Positions 51,792 through 63,612 are shown, counted from the stretch's first letter. The stretch is DNA of 64,000 nt from Chlorokybus atmophyticus (GCA_009103225.1 RHPI01002533.1:771368-835367), one strand, 5' to 3'. Notes: generated by a model not told the origin, from the sequence alone. Translations and numbers: made by a program.

Positions 51792-53039
51792 TTGTCTGCA
51801 AAACAGGCAGAATGGGATGGTGAGAACCTCACCAATGGACCAGGTTCAACGAGAGGATCAAAATGACCCCAAGTTGTAAAAGTCCCAAACAGAGTTCAAA
51901 CCTGTCTCAAAATAGGAAAGGTTGGATCTGGAGTTTTACCAAACAGAACAAGTCTGAGTGGGACCAGAATGTCCTAACCCGGTGTTGTCCTTAACCAAGT
52001 CCCAATCTCCAGGCCGAAGCCAGAGGGGGAGGGTTTCAGACTAACAGGGTTGGGAAACAGAATGTCCTAGAACCTCCCCACAACTGTCCTAACCAAGTCC
52101 CGATCTTCAGGCCGAAGCCAGAGAGGGAGGGTTTGGGAACAGTTTGGCTTGAAACTTACGGACCCGGGTCAAACGACCCGGCAAAGCCACTGGCAGGTCA
52201 CAGGTACGTCACAGGCATGCAACAGGCAAGCCACATGCATGCAACAGGCAAGCCGTACGGTGACTAACTGTGACATGCACTGGCAAGCAAAATGACAAAC
52301 AATGACCGCATGCAATGACAGGCAATCACTCACGCGTGGAGAGGCCGCCTCTGTGATAGGTGGCTTCAACGTGGAGGTAGCGCAGGGAAGCGAACTTGAA
52401 GCTTGGGCTGCGTGGACGAATAGGAGGCCGCCGCCGACGCCTTCTGATTGGCCGAAAGCAGGTCGACGCTCCCTATAAGTACCCACGTCACCCCCCAGCT
52501 CCTGGATACCAATGTAACAGCACCACCGTCGCCGGTGATGCCCCTTCAATCCTCTACCCCAACACCCACACCGCCTATGACAAGCCTTTCAACGGCGCTG
52601 CCGCCACTGAGCAGAGAACTGAAAGTCCCCACATCAGATTGATGTGACCTTTTATATCAAGAGTATATAAACTATATACCTCTCAATAATTAACTCACAA
52701 CTAGACATCGATCCTACAGATAGGGTAGTTAGGAAATTTAGCGTGAGCCAATTGCAGCTCAGATAAGGTACATATCGATAAGGTACCTATGCAAAGATAC
52801 CTATCGTAAGGTACCTAACGAGATAGTGATCACATTATATCAAATGTGACACTAAATAGGCTTGAATAAGCGGTTCTACAACCATTGGGACTTATTTAAG
52901 CTATGATAAAGCATCATAGCCTTTTATAAGCGAGGAACCGTAGAAAAGACGTATAAATAAGCATATTACTTATTCATACAAAATGTGTTATGTTAGGTAG
53001 CAATAATACCCCTATTATTATTGCTCCCGTTACACGGTC

Positions 53040-53189
53040 TATGGCCTTCCAAGCAGGGGCGGCATTGCTACATGGCAAACAGCGCTAGGAGTGCCATTGA
53101 TGACCTCGGCCGTTACCATAGCGAATGCAATTTCTCCCGCAATGGCGGAGTGCATAGGGCGTCTCATGCTTGACACACAACAACAATGA
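53040..53189 (+). pseudogene. C-terminal part (motif X region) of the interrupted cytosine methyltransferase
   Basis: Removing element C and one TSD copy joins MYPV to YGLPSRGGIATWQTALGVPLMTSAVTIANAISPAMAECIGRLMLDTQQQ*. This resembles the W..AMGI.WM..L.EAIPPAY...IG ending of small phage-type C5-MTases. Confidence 0.85.
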
Positions 53190-53474
53190 ATATGCGCTGT
53201 GACTACCGTCTTGTGTCATGGAATTATGAGGCTTGAGTGTGGTGCACTGTATTAATGCTTAATGCCACACGGCGAACTGATTGTTGAATGTTGCATGGCA
53301 TATTCGATTGTGGTGACAGTTGTGCAGTGACAGCTGCCCGGTATTGTACACGTCCACATGCAAAAGTCTTAGCATACGATTAGCAATGCTCAACTGGCTG
53401 ATATGCTCCAAACTCAGAGTAGTGAGACAAGTACATGTGTAACGTGGCAGTGCAGAGAACGTTCACCCAATACT

Positions 53475-56470
53475 TGCCCTCTTGTACACGGGCGCTGTCC
53501 TTGTTAAACATGGGGAGCAGCTAGACAATGCCTTTTACTTGCTCAAGAGTCACGACATCGAGATGTGGATCCCATCGACGCTTTTCCCATTCCAGAGCGA
53601 TGCACTTTGTGTCGTTCGTCACATCCAGCTACGTGCACCAGCGAACAAACAAACACGACCTCCTTCCACACGCGCTCGCCGCTACCACCCCACACCACCA
53701 CGCACAGAAAGGAGTGCCTGAGCCCACCATGTCACGTTCACACCGTTCTCATCACCTTCCAACTCAAGTGTAGAGAACCAAGGCCGCCCATGGAACACCC
53801 CAGTTGCGCGCACCATGCTGACTCCTGATGTCATGTACACCGCTGCGCCTCCGTTCACCACGCGAACAGCACGCCACCCGTCGGCCAACTCCGGTTGTTC
53901 CCTCCTCAACCAGCTATCCAGGGTGGCAAGCAGCTTGTCGGCGAATGGAGTCTTCAGGGCGACTTGGCGGCTACGCGCAAATCCGCTCCAATACGGGTTG
54001 GACTCCCTCTTTGTCAGCACATCCAGCCGTAGCAACTTGTCCGTCTTCTCCAATACATTACAACACTGCTGCCGCGCCTGCGCCATGACCGAGCGCATCT
54101 CGGGATCCACGACCATGCCATCCTCTCTCACATATTCCGCATAGCTCCATGCCTTCAGGATACGCGCCTAGTAGTCCCGGTTGTTGCCACCACGCGCCCA
54201 CCGTCTGATATTTTGGGCGTGCGTCTGCTCCATGCGGTTGGCGCTAAATCAATCGGGTGTCCACTGCTGACAATTGCCGGCCCAAAATGAGTGAGCTGAT
54301 GCATCTCTCGATCTTCCAACCTGACTTCTCTGCAGAATATGACGACAATAGCGGGTGCAACACTGCAGCTTTGAAGGCAGCCAGCTCGTTGTCGGCTGTG
54401 GTCAGGGTCTCTCTTATGTGTTCATGCGCCTTGAGCAACTTCTTGTTCCACTGGGCAAGCGATGCGGCAGCAATGGTGAAGAAATTGTTGCCTTAACTGT
54501 CGAGCAGCAAACCGTTTGCAAGGACCGGCAGCAGCTGCAGCATCGCCACTTTCTCCACCACCTGAAAGGAGTGGTCGGATAGGAAGAAATCTACTATGCT
54601 TGTATGTGCCTTGAAGTGCGAAACTTGTAGAGTCGCCTTGCATGCATTCAGCCTGTGCACATCTGCTTGTGAGCACGTGTCGTTGGCTTTTGTGTTCAAC
54701 ACAAAAGCAACACCAAAGACGTGCCTGGCCTGCAGAATCTGTCTAGTGGATGGACGCATTCGTTCCTTTGCAGCGTCGTACACAGCAGCAAGCAGGTGGT
54801 CAATGATGCCTCCCAGCACATGCATTGCGTTAGGGGCAAGACGAGAGTAGCAGTCAGCTCCCGGCACCCGCGACTGTCGCCAACCCCATAGTGCATTCTG
54901 TTGCTAAACCACATTGCCTGGTTTCACGGAAAGCCATTCATCCTCACGGCTGCCGGTAATTTGACCATTACCTCCTCGACATGCATAGAGTGCTGCTCTT
55001 TGTAAGCCTTTGCTGTCTATCGTGCATTTCTAACACCGCTATGCAGGTCTGCCCGCAGCTGACGTATCGCTGGTGTGTAGATAGCCTCGGTTCTCAATTT
55101 CCGGTCCTCATCCATCTCCAATAGGTTTGATTTGGTGACGAGACAAACATCGCAAGGATGTCATGTTTGGTTGCCCGACATAGTGCGTGCAAGTGTGGCA
55201 ATCTCCTGCAACACGACAAACTCAGATGCTCTACTGACAACATCCTCCATGCACTGTTTGCTAGCAGGTTGCAACCGGTTACAACCATACATGCCCACTA
55301 CCTGCAAGTCGCTGATGTAGTTGGCAAGCGTGGGAAACATACGACGCTTGATGCCATTCGGGTCGATGAGCTGCAGACTTTCCCAACTCGCCCGCTTCAC
55401 ATCCCCTAACACTATTATCAAAGCATTATGAAAAATCTCACGTTTCCGAATGGAGAACAATTTCTTGCCCTGCGCCCAAGTGGGATGCCCGGCCATTGCG
55501 TGAACCACCAGCAGAAGCGCTATCATAACAACCCCCATGTTGCTAGCATACATGTCCCACTGTAGTTGGCAAGCGATGCCATCAGAGGGTAGCCAGAGCG
55601 CTTGCCCGCGGTCCAGCGTGGTCTTGTCACTGTACAGAATGGCAGGCGCCAAGTAGGACGCTTCCCCCACCTCTCTCCTCAAATCCACCTCCACATCCTT
55701 CCACCAATCGCCCGTGGAAGGATGGCCAAAGCTGTGCTCGTCACCACTGTACTGGAGATTGAAGCCATTATCGGCATGTGGATTGCCATACAACCGCGCG
55801 AGCCATACCTGCTCCGACCAAGAGCATTAACGGGCATGCTGGCCTCGGAATAGATACTGCATCGATACTGCATTAAGTACTGCACATATATGCCGGCCAA
55901 GGTCTGTACAGACCTGGCCGGCATATATGTGACGCTGATGTCCTGATCCTTAGGGACTCCAGGCTTGCGCTAGTCAGCCGTCACGTAGTTCTGATACGGC
56001 AGCACACTCGCATGTGCATATGTGACATGGCTCTGATGGTTGAAGCACATGCACCGCACACCGTGAACACACCTCAGACTAAGAAAAAGCAATTGTGGTC
56101 CGGAGGTAGCTGGCCACATGCACACCGGTCTCCCACTGGAGCTCTTCCGTCAGGAAGTGTGCATTACGGATGCACTGAATAATTCGCCCCCTGTCGGAGG
56201 TCGACAGGCCTTGGCCGTTGTTGCACTGCACGAATGCCACTGCAAGAGCATGCTCCGAGTCATACCATCTAGATTCCGACGCGTGCGAAGGGACGCCTCC
56301 ACTTCCATGTTGGCGTGCCACAGGTTTCTCAAGCACACGCACACATTAAAAGCCCTCATTCACTTCCTCCTCCTCCTGTTGCTGCTGTGCGTGTGTCTTC
56401 TAGAGGAATCCGTCAGCATCAAGCATGCGCATCCTGGATCGAACTCCTCGGTTCAACATGACCCGCATCG
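53475..56470 (-). mobile_element. Plavaka-family DDE transposase, decayed
   Basis: HPSTGDWW, LAPAILYSDKT, RKREIFHNALIIVL, LIDPNGIKRRMFPTLANYISDL, later K.HQLTHF..AI...G.P and VRATGVFHGRPWFSTLEL..WWAQALL, the Plavaka motif series. Frameshifts present and start approximate. Confidence 0.8.
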
Positions 56471-57039
56471 TACTGTAATGGACGCTGGCCGACATACAGC
56501 TTAATTTGCTTGCACACCCTGCTGCTACCAATGTGCATGTAGACCGAGTTGCGTGTGGCGAAGCGCATGTGGTAATACGGACAAAGGACTCCCATATCTC
56601 ACTACTGATGTCGACACGGGTGTCGCCAATGTAACATGCATCATATCCAGCAACACGCACACCCGCCGCCGCCGCCGCCGCCGCCGCCACCGCCACCGCC
56701 ACCGCTACCCTTGCATGCCAGAGGCGGGAAACTTGGCCGCCATTCACCGGCTCCGTCGTACCAATATTATGGTACGATCGAGCCATTGCACGTCCAGGGT
56801 GAATCTCTGCATATATATCCTGATTAAACCGTTTCAATGGTACGAAGACGCCTTTGCCAAAAGATACTATTGAATGGTACCTTTGTACAGTGGCAATGGC
56901 AATTCGTACTATTGACAAGTGCTGTGCCTGCGCATGAAAACACCATTGATAGCTCCGCCAAGCTATGCCCTTACAGGGGCGTGATGTCGAGGGTATGTGG
57001 CGTTTGGTGGATCGCTGGGGGCGCTGCCAGGGGCGTAGT

Positions 57040-58461
57040 GGGCATTGTGGTCGAGGTCCGGGATGAATTCCATGTTCGCACAAGGCGGGCAGGGTGCCGG
57101 AGGGGTGTCCTTGGTGTCAGACCCACCATGCCTACTAAGGGCACAGCCAATGACAACAGTGACTCGGGCGATATCTTACAGGGCTCCCCCTCCGAGTGGG
57201 CAAAGGCACACCACAATACTGCCTCTAACAACATCCGACCCACCAGCAGCTGCGACCATGGCGACATGATTGAAGGGACCAAACAAGACTGGCATAACCA
57301 AGGTGGGTTACGATGCACTGTCAATGCCACATGCTAGGGTTCTTTTATCTTGCACATGCACAGCCTCAAGTATCTTGCACATGACATACACTGTCAAAAC
57401 CACATGCACACCCTCATGCACAGCTTCCAGTGTCATTGTAACGGGAAGGTACATTAAATTACCACAAATCGACCATAAAAGCACCAAGTCTTTTGTGGTC
57501 GAGTGGGCTGTGACATTGGTCATCGGAGCTTGAGACCCGGGTTCGATTCCTGCCTTGCACACGAATTCCGCGGTCGTTGTTTCTCGATCCAATAACATCG
57601 TAAATGGTCACATTATGAGTGCCATCATCGATGGGTCGCGACTTGCCTAATGGCAGTCGCGCCGAACTGACCAGTTCAGTCGGCGCGGCAGGGCGCGACC
57701 TGCCTATCGCGGCGACGCGACCTGTGGGGCCAGCAGCGGAGCGCTATGCGCGCGTTCACCGGTATGGGCCTAAATTGACCGGTCCTTGGGTGGTGGGGCC
57801 GGTGACCGACCCTAAATCAGACCCTTGGGAAGAAAACTCCCCAGCTGATGAGAGCGCCAGCTGCCGAGGACGTCAGCGTTCGTAAGTGGGGGGGAATGTA
57901 ACGGGAAGGTACATTAAAATACCACAAATCGACCATAAAAGCACCAAGTCTTTTGTGGTCGAGTGGGCTGTGACAGTCATGCACATGAACAGCATGACTA
58001 ATCTCGCAAATGCACAGCCGATTTCTACTTGCGGGAACTCACCAGTCACAAAAGAGAAGATGCGGAGTACCACGAACGGGTAATCCATGACCTAGTTTAA
58101 TGTTTCCAGCGGCAATTAAGCAGTATGCTTGCAGATTGCCATGATGGTCAGATTGAACCGAGAGCAGCACGCCAGGCTAACTGTCTGCCTGGCGGAGTGC
58201 AACAAAGCGGAAGACGAGGTAAGCATGTGTATGCTAATGGGCTAGTCCTCTGGTAGCACGCCACTCTTACATCATTACCAATTGCAGGTGGTCACTCTTA
58301 AAGCGACCATCAAGCGCATGCGCGTGCACGGCGAGGAGCTGACATTCAAGCTGAAGGACGAAGTAGCCGCTGTACTGTTAGCGAGCGAGGCAGCGTATGA
58401 AGATGACTCCGATGTTGAAGCAGAAGACTTGTCGGAGGAGGAACATGAGGAGGAGGTTTGA
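57040..58461 (+). pseudogene. Cargo gene Y (small, coiled-coil with acidic tail), interrupted by the TRIM
   Basis: Excising the TRIM gives HSFQCHAHEQHD*SRKCTADFYLRELTSHKREDAEYHER / IAMMVRLNREQHARL...AEDE / VVTLKATIKRMR...EDDSDVEAEDLSEEEHEEEV*, with phase-0 GT-AG introns. Start uncertain. Confidence 0.5.
57437..57975 (+). mobile_element. TRIM (miniature non-autonomous LTR retrotransposon), 539 bp
   Basis: 79-bp LTRs (57437-57515, 57897-57975) differing at one base, TSD GTCAT on both sides, PBS-like TGGTCATCGGAGC, PPT TAAGTGGGGGGGAA, and no ORF. Confidence 0.95.
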
Positions 58462-59016
58462 GGAGGAGTTCTGAGGCAGGCACCACGGGTTGACAAGCTG
58501 CGCATGAGTGCGACAACTAGACTCAATGTTATAGGGTAGTTTCATGCGCAAGTCGGCTGCTCAATTGCAAGTGGACATACTCTCACCACTGCCGGTACAT
58601 TGTATATATTGTGGGCTTATAGGTGCAAGACCAAACAATCAGTCCAAGGTTTGTACAAGCTGCATGGCATGTTAGTGTTGGCTTACGGCAAGAATTGCCA
58701 ACTTTTGTCAAACGGCAAGGGTCACATATTAACAGCATTTTAACAGCAAAAAAACTGCCAGCTATTGCTGCCAGCTGTCCGTAACTACCGGCTAACGGCC
58801 GTCTGTGCACATCGACCAAAGGGTTGACAACTCTCGGCCGATTAGTGCCACTGACAACCACTTTCGGCCCGCGGCCGTCTGCGTCAGTCCACTTAAGCCA
58901 ACGGCAAACCCAACAGTTCAAAAGTAACATTTCAGGCAGCGGCAGGCAGGCTCAGGCAGGCTCAGGCACCAGTCAGTCCCTCAGCCCTTGGTCAGTCACC
59001 ATGTAAAATTTGCAGC

Positions 59017-59982
59017 GAATTCACGATCAACAATGCCTGGCAGAGAGTGTGCAAGAAACTCCGTGTTGCTAGAATTACGGAGTGCATCCACTGAGTCTTA
59101 AGACCATCAAGTTGCCCGCTATTGACGTAACTCGCGTGACTGTAGCGCGCGAGATGGCTTTTGCCGTGCAGGATAGGTTAGCATTGGCAAAGGACTGTCT
59201 GCGCAGTGTAAGACAGACAAACAGCCCATGCTGATGCACATCGTAGAGAGACCTACTACGATGCGGGCTGTTCGGTGCCAAAAACATATCCATCAAGGGA
59301 GTGGATACCCGCAAGTGCTTCCCTCGCTGGATAGGCCCTTTCAACGTGACCGGGTCGGCACCCTCACATATCGTTGAGACTTGCCAAAGTCGATACGCAA
59401 TCACAATGTGTTTCATGTGAGTGTACTGAATTCGTGCTGTTCTAATGGTCGGGTTCAACCTCCTCCACCCCCCGTTGCAGCGGATGGCAACGATATTTAA
59501 GTATGAGGTGGAAGTAATCAAGAGTCACCATAAACCTCGACGCGAACGCGCGCCGTCTTACTTAGTGAAATGGAAAGGGGCATGGTGTTGAACACAATAC
59601 ATGGGAGCCCAAAAGGAACTTTACCAACTGCCAGGAGATTCTTCGGGGGTACTAGAGTACTGTGTCCACGAACGGTAAAAGGGTGATGGCAGACATCTTA
59701 CCGCTTCGGCTTTGATTCTCTCACTACTTTTGTTTTTTTACTCACGGTGGGGCTTTGCAAACCCTTTATTGAGGACATAAAAAACTAAGTGGGGGGGATG
59801 TAACGGAGTGCTACCTCAAGAGGTTCCCCGCCCTTATTTAAGATTAAGATTAAATAAGGGTCCCAACGGAATTATACAGTTAATCAAGCCATATTAGGGC
59901 CATTGACCTAGTGTTAATGCCGTATTGTATTGTTACGATAAGTAACACTGATATCGGCATGAGACTCATGTGTCTCTCGACA
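59017..59982 (+). mobile_element. Degenerate Gypsy 3' end: integrase C-terminus, chromodomain, PPT and 3' LTR (59799-~59982)
   Basis: EFTINNAWQ, NYG, HNVFHVS, VQPPPPPV and chromodomain remnants. PPT AAGTGGGGGGGA is followed by TGTAACGGAGTGCTACCTC, similar to the LTR at 30692. Confidence 0.85.
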
Positions 59983-60253
59983 GTCAATCTGCACATTCAA
60001 TGAATGTTATGCAAACGATTGTCTACATGGATCGCGCAAGAGTTACATATATGTAAACCTAGTTACAGTCAGTGTTTTCATGTATGTGTAATATTGTATT
60101 ATGTAAAATAACCCACACGCACACAGGAACAATACACTTAATGTATGAATCATATAACAACAAACCTTTTTGTTTATTATATTTTACATTCAACGTTTGT
60201 ACGTTCAAAGTTTGCATTTCTCATTGCATTTTTAAAGTCTCACTTACCTGTGC

Positions 60254-61800
60254 CTAAAACCACTCCTGTCGACATCCAGCGGGTATGTATGCTGCCGGAA
60301 GCCAGCGATCACAGGTGGGATCAAACCCAAGCCAGCGCACCGACATCTCGTAACCGCCATCAGCATCACGACAGCTGCCAACGCGCTCAACAATACAACA
60401 CACGCAATCATCCACGAGTCCCCCTAGCGCGATAAGATCCACCACGAGCACCAGCCACCGCCAAACACTCACCATAAAATAGTTATCCCAAGCAGGGGTG
60501 TTGGTGCACCCGGATCAGATGCTCCCAGCTCCTATGCGAGCAGCGCGACGCCCTCCAGGCTGCTTCACATGTCGGTTGGCACAAACCGCCCGTCGCAGCT
60601 TCATATGCCCGTCACCAATAGCACAATCATAACAGCCTACAATACAACGCATCATATACACTTATAACATCACCATGCGTATCATATAATGGTATATATG
60701 ACATTATATTATAGATTATATCGTATAAAATACATATAAGATGCATAAACAATACGTATATAATACTTAAGGTATAATAATCTTGACAGTTTATCGCACA
60801 AACCTGCAAACCGATACCGATGTCGAACACCTCCATAAGACTGTTGCTCCATCTCGGGAAAATGCTGCTGAAGCACATGATCAATCTCCTCAACCCGCTG
60901 CATGCGGCCAAAATCAGCCTCCGATAACGTGCGCTGCGCTCGATGCCAACCAACCAGCGCGTATCTCAGCCAACCCTCCTTTAAGCGACGACGATCAAAT
61001 GGACGTATATCGCAGCAAAAACCTCATTGTATACAGTAGCCTGGGATGTAAATCCACTTGCAAATTGTAGTAGTTGCCGCTCGACAAGATGCACCAATCA
61101 CAATGGAAAAAGAATATTTCGAGAGGAATGAAACCACCGCTGTGATGCTAGACCGTCGTCGTAATAATGTAATGCAGCACCATCCGGTGATAACCTACAT
61201 TGGTAATGTGTGAATATCTTATTTATGTAATCATATATTCAACGTACGTGTTAAGGCATTCTTAATTTCACAAAGATACACAAAATCATGTACCAGAAGC
61301 TTAGATAGAAGACGTGAGAACACCGCATACACTTGGTATAAAAACTCTGTGCCCAAAACGGGCCTTGATCATCCGTACATAACACGACAGGTGAGGAAGT
61401 GCATGCGTCATCTGCGCGGCCTCGGTTTTCATCAACACGGCGCACCACAAGAATCTACAAAAGAGCAAATGAGTTGAAATAACACGTTACATATACTATA
61501 CAATATCATAAACGTTACTCACTGTATTGCAAATCAAGCACCTCGTAAATGGAGGGAATAATGGCAGCGTAAAACTGTCACCAGCATTAAGCTCTGCAAA
61601 TAGCACAAGTCTATGCAACTGCTCATCCGCAAATTGCTGGATGCTATCAACATGAGGCAATGCCTCATTGACATGGCCAACATTGAAGCCTCTGCAGGAC
61701 TGAGGTCTCGCCATACGATCCTCAACAACGCGTGCAGAGTTTAAGTGCGCACACCAAGCAGAGCCGGCAAGTGCATGCATACGCCAATGATGATGCATAT
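60254..61800 (-). mobile_element. KDZ-type transposon remnant: CxC5 and CxC6 cysteine clusters plus chromodomain
   Basis: PPFTRCLIC, LCTDDQGPFWAQSFYTKCMRCSHVFY, F.SGFTSQATVYNEVF, FDRRRLKEGWLRY (CxC5 region), GDGHMKLRRAVC..GCTNTP (CxC6-like), and VERVGSCRDADGGYEMSVRWLGFDPTCDRWLP (chromodomain). No KDZ catalytic core seen. Confidence 0.6.
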
Positions 61801-62731
61801 GCTACTGAAGGAGAGGCATGACGATTTGTTGTTAGAGAACCAACTTGAAATGACTCAAAGCTCATCATTAATTGCACAGTTTTAGAATACTTAAATGCAA
61901 TCATACTTATAGAACGACAACACAATGTGCGCTAGTGCTCGCCATTATGGTACACGAATTGCAACACGTTTTAATGCTGGCGTTGTCGTTTTGGGTGCTG
62001 GCACATGTAATTGTTATGCAATGTACGCAGCCTTGTTGTTGCAGCAGCTCTTGTCACACGAAAGTATGTGACAATCAACAAATCAGCTACGACGCGTGCA
62101 CACAACACCTAAAGAGAGCAGGAGAAGGAGACAGAGCCGCACAAAATGGTAAGGGTGAGCAGTAGGATGGTAAAAATGAGAAGCCCAGCGTGATCGCAAG
62201 TGACGCCTGCTCGGCTGTGAGCAATAAATGTGCCAAGCAGAAGGCACAAAAGCTGCAGGGTCGTCATGGATATACAGCAAACAACACAATGATGTGCCGC
62301 ATGCTCACAACCAATAGCTGCCATGTCAAGTTGCTATCAATGGCAACTTCACATCTGAACAAACACTGTCTTGCCGTTAACGGCAAGAACGTTGGCCACA
62401 ATCATTAGCTGGATCGTTATGCACACTGGCACACTCGCACGCTTACACACCCAAGCTCATGTATCCATTTTAAAAAGACTACACTACATACATGTGTTCT
62501 TTAACCAAGTGATTGTACATCTCAACAAATGGCTCACTCAATCTACATTGCTGGTTACCTAACAAGGAGTAGCTGCGGTTAACAACTGACCGCTAACAAG
62601 CAGTAGTAGCGAGCACCAAATCCATGAACATCCCATAGCAACTAACAAACTGACAACCAGCCCACGCCAGCTCCGCCGTCAACTCCACCGCCACCGCCGA
62701 TGCTACCGCCGCCACCAAATCACCAAGCACA

Positions 62732-62764
<33 letters not shown>

Positions 62765-62766
62765 CA
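62732..62766. repeat. (CA)n microsatellite
   Basis: Directly visible dinucleotide run. Confidence 0.9.
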
Positions 62767-62999
62767 CAAAATACCTAATGTTACGGCTTAGATTGCGCGC
62801 GCAGGGAGAGGAAACACACCCTAATCCTACAACCAAATTGCGGATTTGTTATAGTTAAACTTACAGTTTTAGTTATAAGTCATAAATATAACATATACAG
62901 GTGACAAGTTGACTCACAAACCCTGTTTTACCTCATTAGGTCCCTGGCACGAAGGCCTTGATAGAATCCATCGCGGCCGTGACCCCTCCCCCCCCCCCC

Positions 63000-63089
63000 N
63001 NNNNNNNNNNNNNNNNNNNNNNNNNNNNNNNNNNNNNNNNNNNNNNNNNNNNNNNNNNNNNNNNNNNNNNNNNNNNNNNNNNNNNNNNN
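63000..63089. other. Assembly gap (N run) flanked by poly-C
   Basis: 90 Ns between C homopolymers. Confidence 0.98.
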
Positions 63090-63537
63090 CCCCCCCCCCC
63101 CTCCCCGCGCGTTCCATTGACGCCGTGATGCCGACGAGACCGACCGGAATGGGTCGACGCCGACGACGCCTCGGCCACATACAAGGTGTGGCAGTGGACC
63201 ACCGATGACGCTAACGGCGACGTCGTCGGCGTCGCCGTGACCTGCGACACCGACCACGCCCAAATGGGGCAGTCCGTGGACATTTGTGACTTGAATAGGC
63301 CCCACCAGGCCCCACCCAACGTCGAGAGCGGATCACGCGCTACGCGTCACGTGAACACCGTGAGTCACGGTCCGTGACCTCTCCGCACCACTGTCACGTG
63401 ACCCGTACACAACCCCAGAAATACTAGTCCCTTGCGCTCCCCTCCCGCGCCGCCACGTGGGCATGCGCGCATTGCCCCCTGATGCGCGCTAAGGATTGCA
63501 CGGACACACCAGGTCAGGCCGTGGCTCACACCGGACC

Positions 63538-63612
63538 AGACTAAGGTGGACTAGACCTGAGTAGACTAGACTAGACTAGACTGGAATTTACCGAACTGGA
63601 CTGGACTGGACG
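63538..63612. repeat. Pentanucleotide repeats (CTAGA/CTGGA)n
   Basis: Visible 5-mer runs in GC-rich non-coding sequence, similar in style to the 5-mer arrays at 31205. Confidence 0.7.

Larger units (their letters stand above)
46226..53034 (-). mobile_element. Full-length Ty3/Gypsy chromovirus LTR retrotransposon (element C)
   Basis: LTRs 46226-46748 and 52513-53034 (TGTAAC...GTTACA, ~95% identical by manual count), 5-bp TSD CGGTC on both sides, Met-tRNA-like PBS TGGTATCCAGGAGC, and PPT CTAAGTGGGGGGGAA. Confidence 0.96.
38361..59016. mobile_element. Putative large cargo-carrying Plavaka-type DNA transposon with nested Gypsy and TRIM insertions
   Basis: Element A integrase stops at ..YMAE (38360) and integrase resumes at (A)EFTINNAWQ (59017). 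The interval holds a Plavaka transposase and three other decayed genes. Boundaries are inferred; no convincing TIR was seen. Confidence 0.45.

Noticed and set aside
56400-57083. 227-aa minus-strand ORF and other long ORFs over GCC/CCG runs
   Set aside because: Explained by low-complexity trinucleotide repeats and antisense shadows; no recognisable domain.
57485-57560. A genuine tRNA gene (Arg-TCG)
   Set aside because: Acceptor and anticodon stems do not pair, and the sequence lies within a TRIM. Kept only as a tRNA-like promoter hypothesis.
62930-63400. ORFs spanning the N gap
   Set aside because: They are artefacts of the gap and poly-C; nothing can be inferred across it.
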